Shown here piece after piece: positions 59,752-64,000 of a stretch of DNA of 64,000 nucleotides (position 1 is its first letter; every line of letters starts with the position of its first letter). Made by a program: the position numbers and the translations under genes. A model generated the notes under the pieces. The model was given only the letters and a program-made list of their open reading frames with translations. It was not told the origin of the DNA and searched no databases. The stretch comes from Candidatus Woesearchaeota archaeon (GTDB lineage: Archaea > Nanobdellota > Nanobdellia > Woesearchaeales > SKIA01): NCBI GenBank assembly GCA_046704725.1, contig JBJKRI010000004.1, forward strand, positions 86,091-150,090, in the 5' to 3' direction.

Positions 59752-62400
59752 CTATGGCGTGCTGTTGGTCGAGTTCGTCGAGTTCGTCGACGTCGTCGTC
59801 TGCGCAGCTTGCACGGTGACCTGGTTCTGGCCCGCGATCACAACGTCCACAGAGTCCCCGGTGAAGTTGGGGTTCGGGGTGGTCGTCGCCTTCGCAAGGA
59901 CGTCCGAGGTCTGCACGGTGTCCTGCGCGCTGTAACCAGCGGCGAGGAGCGCCACGTGCTGTCCCGTGTTCCAGATGCGGATCATACCCATACCGGGCTG
60001 GAAGCCCTCAGTACAGTCCGCAGGGTTGCCGAGCAACTCAGCCGCGATGGTGTTCGCACACGGTCCGCCAACGACGATGAGGTTCGCGTCATCGACGTGG
60101 ACTTCCGAGTCCAGCACCGCGAGGCCGACCGGCAGGACGTTGACCTTCGACGCGCTCGATCCACCAGTCGTGGTGGTCGAGGACGTGGTCTGTCCGCCGA
60201 CGACATAGACGAGCGCCTCAACCTGGCTCAGCGGGTAGCTGATGTCCACGGTGTCGGCACCGCCGGTGTTCTGGTCCCACGTGAACGCGGTACCATAGCG
60301 GTTCTGTCCCTGCTCGACGTCCTGGCCCTGCAACGTGACCATGCTCGACTCGTTCATGCTCGACACATCCAGCTTGTGCGTGGAGTTGTCGAAGCTGAAC
60401 GTGATGTTGTCGCTCAGACCGACGTTGTTGTCCATCGCGTCAGAGGTCGTGTTCAGCGTAGCGGTCCAGTACCCAGTACTACCACCGTTCGCGAACAAGC
60501 CGCTGGGCCCGATGATCTCTTGCGCTTCCGCCAGCTGCAGAATGCCGCCGCCCTGCGTCACGATCGGGATGACCTGCAGGTTGTTCGCCGTGGACGTGTT
60601 CGTGCCCGACGCAGAACTTGCACCTGCGATTGTCCCATCGTTGTTCAGGTCGACAGCCAGCTTGTACGTACCGCTATCGTTGAGCAACCAGAAGAGATAG
60701 TCCTGGCCACCCATGCGGATGGTACCGCTCGCGCCTGCCGTGTTGATGTCCGTTTGGGGCATCGTCGTGTTGTAGACCGTCGAGTACGAGGCAGTGATGT
60801 CACCGCCTGAACTCGCGGACGGGTCGTTGAACGTCAGCGTTCCGTCCGCCGTGTCCATGTCAGTCCACTGCAGCACATACGAGTCTCCGTTGCGGTTCGT
60901 TCCATCGTGCGACAACACGAAGTAGTCGTTCATCTGAATGTTGAACGTCTTCGCAGAGACCGAGGTGTTCGAGCTCTCGTTGTAGTACTCCCAGAACACG
61001 AAGCCGTCATTGGCATCGGTTCCGAAGCCGCCGTTGGTCTGGCTCGTCCACGTGTACGGGATGCTGTACTCGTTGCCACGCCGGTTCGTGAAGGTCACGT
61101 CGTACGCGTTGTCACCCGACGGATCGAAGTTGATCGCCGCGGTGCCAGGCTGCGTCAATCCCTCATACTTGATGTCGAAGTTGGGGTTGAGCAGCGCATC
61201 GGGGTGCTGCATCTGGGACGCGAGTCCCTGACCAGAGGGCACGTAGATGTTCGTGCGGTACGCAGCGTTCGCACTGACCGAATAGTCGATGCTGTTGATG
61301 CGGACCGTATCGCTCGAGCTTCCCGTCAGTCCCGTGGCGCTGATGTCCATCGTGACGTCGGACAACCTGTTGTTGTTGACGGTCACGCTGCCACCGCCGG
61401 TCGCCGCGGTGTTCGTATCCTTGAGCACGATCTTGTTCGCGCCCAGGTAGAACTCCACAATCGACGCGGGCTGCGTCGCCAGGTACTGCGTGGTCGAGAT
61501 GATATCACGGATACCAATCTCAACGCCGTTGCTGAGCTGCTGGGTCTCTCCCGCCTGGAGCGAGTCGGACACTTCGCCGTTGACGAGCAGCTTGACAGTC
61601 GTCGCGCCGCTGGACGTTCCGATGACCAGGACCTTGACTTCGTAGTCCTTGCCGTTGACGGTGTACGTCTTGGTCGCGCCTTCCGCAAGCGTGTCAGACA
61701 CATCGCCGGACATGAGCGTCATCGTCATGCTGTTGGAACCGACGTCGGTCGCCTGCACAACGTTGTAGCTCTGGCCCATCAGGTTGATGGTCTTGTCCTG
61801 CAAGTCCTGCAGGTGCTTGCTCGAGTCGACTGTGCTCTGCAGTCCCGACGTGAACTCCGTCTCATAGTTGAAGATCTCCGAGTTCTCCGGGAACGCCAGG
61901 AACGTGCCCACATTGTTGTGGTTGTCCTTCAAGAAGGACACGTTTCCGGACGAGCCGCCCGATGTCTTCAGCTGGATGATCTGGGTGTAGTCAGTCGTTC
62001 CCTGCTGCGTTGTGACCTGTCCTCCCGCGAGCATCTGCAGGTCGGAGTCGGTCAGCGTGTTGATGACGCTGCCGATAGGTTCGCCGATCTCCAGGATGTT
62101 GCCGGATTCGTGGATCTGCTTCACGTCGCCTGTCAGCGTGGTCGCGGTTGTTCCTTGACCGACCTGGACAGGGGACGTCGACGCGGCCTGCAAGGCAGCA
62201 GCGATGTCGATTGCACCGATGATGTCCTGCGAAGCGGCTTTAGCGCCGACGACGATCTTGCCGTTGAACTGGCCCGCCGTGATGAACTGGGACGGATAGT
62301 TGGCGAGGTCCACTGCCAAAGCCGCTCCGAGAGTGGCTCCGACGAGGCCCGCACCAGCTGCCAGCGCGACAATCCTCTTCACTGTCTTTTTCACATTCAT
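59752..62400 (-). CDS. S-layer protein (S_layer_N/S_layer_C type)
   Basis: K.I.ALAAG...VGATL..A signal, IVVGAKAA.QD..GAIDIAA.L, C-terminal NLIVVGGPCAN, LLAAGYSA.DT; GGAGGT SD; many N-x-S/T sequons. Confidence 0.9.
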   Translation of the reverse strand: MNVKKTVKRIVALAAGAGLVGATLGAALAVDLANYPSQFITAGQFNGKIVVGAKAASQDIIGAIDIAAALQAASTSPVQVGQGTTATTLTGDVKQIHESGNILEIGEPIGSVINTLTDSDLQMLAGGQVTTQQGTTDYTQIIQLKTSGGSSGNVSFLKDNHNNVGTFLAFPENSEIFNYETEFTSGLQSTVDSSKHLQDLQDKTINLMGQSYNVVQATDVGSNSMTMTLMSGDVSDTLAEGATKTYTVNGKDYEVKVLVIGTSSGATTVKLLVNGEVSDSLQAGETQQLSNGVEIGIRDIISTTQYLATQPASIVEFYLGANKIVLKDTNTAATGGGSVTVNNNRLSDVTMDISATGLTGSSSDTVRINSIDYSVSANAAYRTNIYVPSGQGLASQMQHPDALLNPNFDIKYEGLTQPGTAAINFDPSGDNAYDVTFTNRRGNEYSIPYTWTSQTNGGFGTDANDGFVFWEYYNESSNTSVSAKTFNIQMNDYFVLSHDGTNRNGDSYVLQWTDMDTADGTLTFNDPSASSGGDITASYSTVYNTTMPQTDINTAGASGTIRMGGQDYLFWLLNDSGTYKLAVDLNNDGTIAGASSASGTNTSTANNLQVIPIVTQGGGILQLAEAQEIIGPSGLFANGGSTGYWTATLNTTSDAMDNNVGLSDNITFSFDNSTHKLDVSSMNESSMVTLQGQDVEQGQNRYGTAFTWDQNTGGADTVDISYPLSQVEALVYVVGGQTTSSTTTTGGSSASKVNVLPVGLAVLDSEVHVDDANLIVVGGPCANTIAAELLGNPADCTEGFQPGMGMIRIWNTGQHVALLAAGYSAQDTVQTSDVLAKATTTPNPNFTGDSVDVVIAGQNQVTVQAAQTTTSTNSTNSTNSTP

Positions 62401-62919
62401 GTTTTCGTACCTCCATGTTCAGCTCCGAGCGCGAGGCCCGTCGCCGTTCCATGTCCGGTTTGTGTCATATGTAGCTTACGCTGCGCCCGCACTTGCGTCG
62501 GACGCGATTTATGCCTACACATAACGACAGACATGCGTGTCTGTGTTACTGGGTTAGGCCATGTGTCGTTTATAAAAATTTCGCGCTGTCCGCCGGCTGG
62601 AATTCGCAGACCGCGCGCAGAGCCGCTCTGTGAGCGGAATTCGTGCGAGCGGGCCGTTTGTTCCGTGCACGGGACGAACAGTACGTGACTCATGCTCTCT
62701 CCCATCCCTAACCGACCGTGGGCAGGTGTTTAAAAAAGCTATGGTTTTCGTGTTCAGCAATCCACCTGCAATAACAGCTATTCACACGTAAAATTGAATA
62801 TTGAATTGTAATAGAATATCATACCTTTGCTCGTACATAAAGGACGGGGCCCGATGGGCGAGGAGCAGGACGCATCAGTGCGAAAACGCGCAGAGCGTAA
62901 GAATATTGACGGTAGCGGC

Positions 62920-63003
62920 TGCGGACGCCAGGATTCGAACCTGGGAAGGCGCTCGGCCAGCAGGCCCTAAACCTGCCCCGTTTGACCGCTCCGGCACGTC
63001 CGC
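62920..63003 (-). tRNA. tRNA-Leu(TAG)
   Basis: GCGGACG...GCAGG-TT-TAG-GG-CCTGC, long variable arm, GGTTCGAATCC, CGTCCGCA. Confidence 0.95.
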
Positions 63004-63010
63004 GAAGAAT

Positions 63011-63178
63011 CTAGACTTTCGTGGCCCAGGTGTACGACCGCTGACGGGCCGACTTCCCGTAGCCGCAGGACGCGCAAAAGCCCTTCGTCTTATGGAAGGA
63101 GTGCTTGCCGCACCGGCGGCACCGGTGATGGCTGGTCTTGCCGCTGTGTCGTCCGAAGCTCGGTGTTCCCTTGGTCAT
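63011..63178 (-). CDS. rpl37e: ribosomal protein L37e, not in ORF track
   Basis: Manual translation MTKGTPSFGRHSGKTSHHRCRRCGKHSFHKTKGFCASCGYGKSARQRSYTW. Confidence 0.96.
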   Translation of the reverse strand: MTKGTPSFGRHSGKTSHHRCRRCGKHSFHKTKGFCASCGYGKSARQRSYTWATKV

Positions 63179-63402
63179 TGCGCTGGAGAGAGGAGCAGGA
63201 TCGTGTCGCCGCGCAAGAAGACAGTGCCCAGCTTGCGAGCGACCTCGCCGTCGACGCGCTCCTCAGCCTCGTCGAGGACGGTATTGATGTGGATGTCGAA
63301 CGCCTTGAGGACGCCGGTGTACTGGCGGCCGTTCTTGAGCTCGACGATGACTTTCTTGTTCCTGGCAGCATTGAGCGCGTCCAGGGGTCGTGCGGGATCC
63401 AT
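63175..63402 (-). CDS. Lsm/Sm-like archaeal protein (SmAP1)
   Basis: RPLDAL, V.V.LKNG....G.L.AFD.H.N.VL..AEE, FLRGD; conserved linkage to rpl37e. Confidence 0.95.
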   Translation of the reverse strand: MDPARPLDALNAARNKKVIVELKNGRQYTGVLKAFDIHINTVLDEAEERVDGEVARKLGTVFLRGDTILLLSPAQ

Positions 63403-63576
63403 AGTAGAGTAACCTCCAAGGCCGGCGAACAGCCGACGATTTATAAGGTTATTGTCTGGGACGGAATATACACCGTCCTCGTCCGCAGTCAGAGGCAGAA
63501 CTGACACCTATTTAAAGGACTATATCAGAGAATGAATGGTGAGCCGATCGAAGAACGCCAAAGGGGTGCGCACAGA

Positions 63577-64000
63577 ATGAGGGCCACGATCGCGCTGGCC
63601 ATCACCATCGGTCTTGCGCTCTCGATCGTGATTACAGCACACCTCGTCACCGCGGCGCCGAACATGGACGGCGGCTCAGGGTCGGGATATTGCGGCGACT
63701 GGATCCTCCAGAGTCCGAACGCGAACGGCGTCTACGAACAGTGCGATGCGGGAACGTCCCCGCAGACGACGTGCAGCGCACCGTACGGCAGTAGCTGTAT
63801 ATACTGCAACAGCGCCTGCCAGAACGTGACGGTGCAAGGCGGCTTTTGCGGCGACGGCATTGTCAACGGGCCAGAACAATGCGACGCCGGCTCGAACAAC
63901 GGCGTGGCGTGCACGCCGAGCTACGGCGGGTCATGCACGTACTGCACGACATCCTGCACCAACGCGACCGTACAAGGCTCTTACTGCGGCGACGGTGTGT
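63577..64000 (+). CDS. secreted cysteine-rich repeat protein (DUF4215/Myxococcus Cys-repeat-like), 3'-truncated by window edge
   Basis: Manual translation: hydrophobic signal, then repeats CGD(G/W)...EQCDAG...C..(P/S)YG.SC.YC...C.N.TVQG; in-frame upstream ATG at 63532. Confidence 0.82.
   Translation, partial: MRATIALAITIGLALSIVITAHLVTAAPNMDGGSGSGYCGDWILQSPNANGVYEQCDAGTSPQTTCSAPYGSSCIYCNSACQNVTVQGGFCGDGIVNGPEQCDAGSNNGVACTPSYGGSCTYCTTSCTNATVQGSYCGDGV

Overview
GC-rich, densely packed archaeal chromosome segment. The 16S 5' end (TACCCGTTGATCCTGCGGG), the tRNA-Ile(UAU), the pilin signal style and the gene set point to a DPANN/Nanobdellota archaeon, probably Woesearchaeota-like; this placement is inference. 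Contents: a minus-strand rRNA operon (16S, tRNA-Ala, 23S; no linked 5S), six tRNAs, and information-processing genes (Lhr, class II LysRS, RNase HI, Kae1, TrpRS, ScpA, aIF6, PfdA, FtsY, aIF2a, Nop10, eL42/L44e, L41e, L37e, Lsm, GINS). Also present: a MoxR/VWA/DUF58 cluster, a type IV pilus locus, an S-layer gene, nucleotide salvage and repair genes, and a divergent PgsA/phosphatase pair. No CRISPR array, transposase, integrase or reverse transcriptase was seen. Best candidate for an undescribed system: a four-gene array after tRNA-Glu in which a DUF4190-like 3-TM anchor replaces the class III signal peptide on type IV pilin head domains; one head aligns without gaps at about 40% identity to the window's own putative major pilin. 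Other oddities: two secreted Tyr/Gly-rich prion-like proteins, rRNA processing stems with no visible bulge-helix-bulge, a histone-H1-like tail on the pilus ATPase, a 7-codon ORF where rps27e normally sits, an orphan Avd-like gene, and five convergent gene pairs sharing a CTAG stop. All family assignments are by motif recognition; no database search was run.
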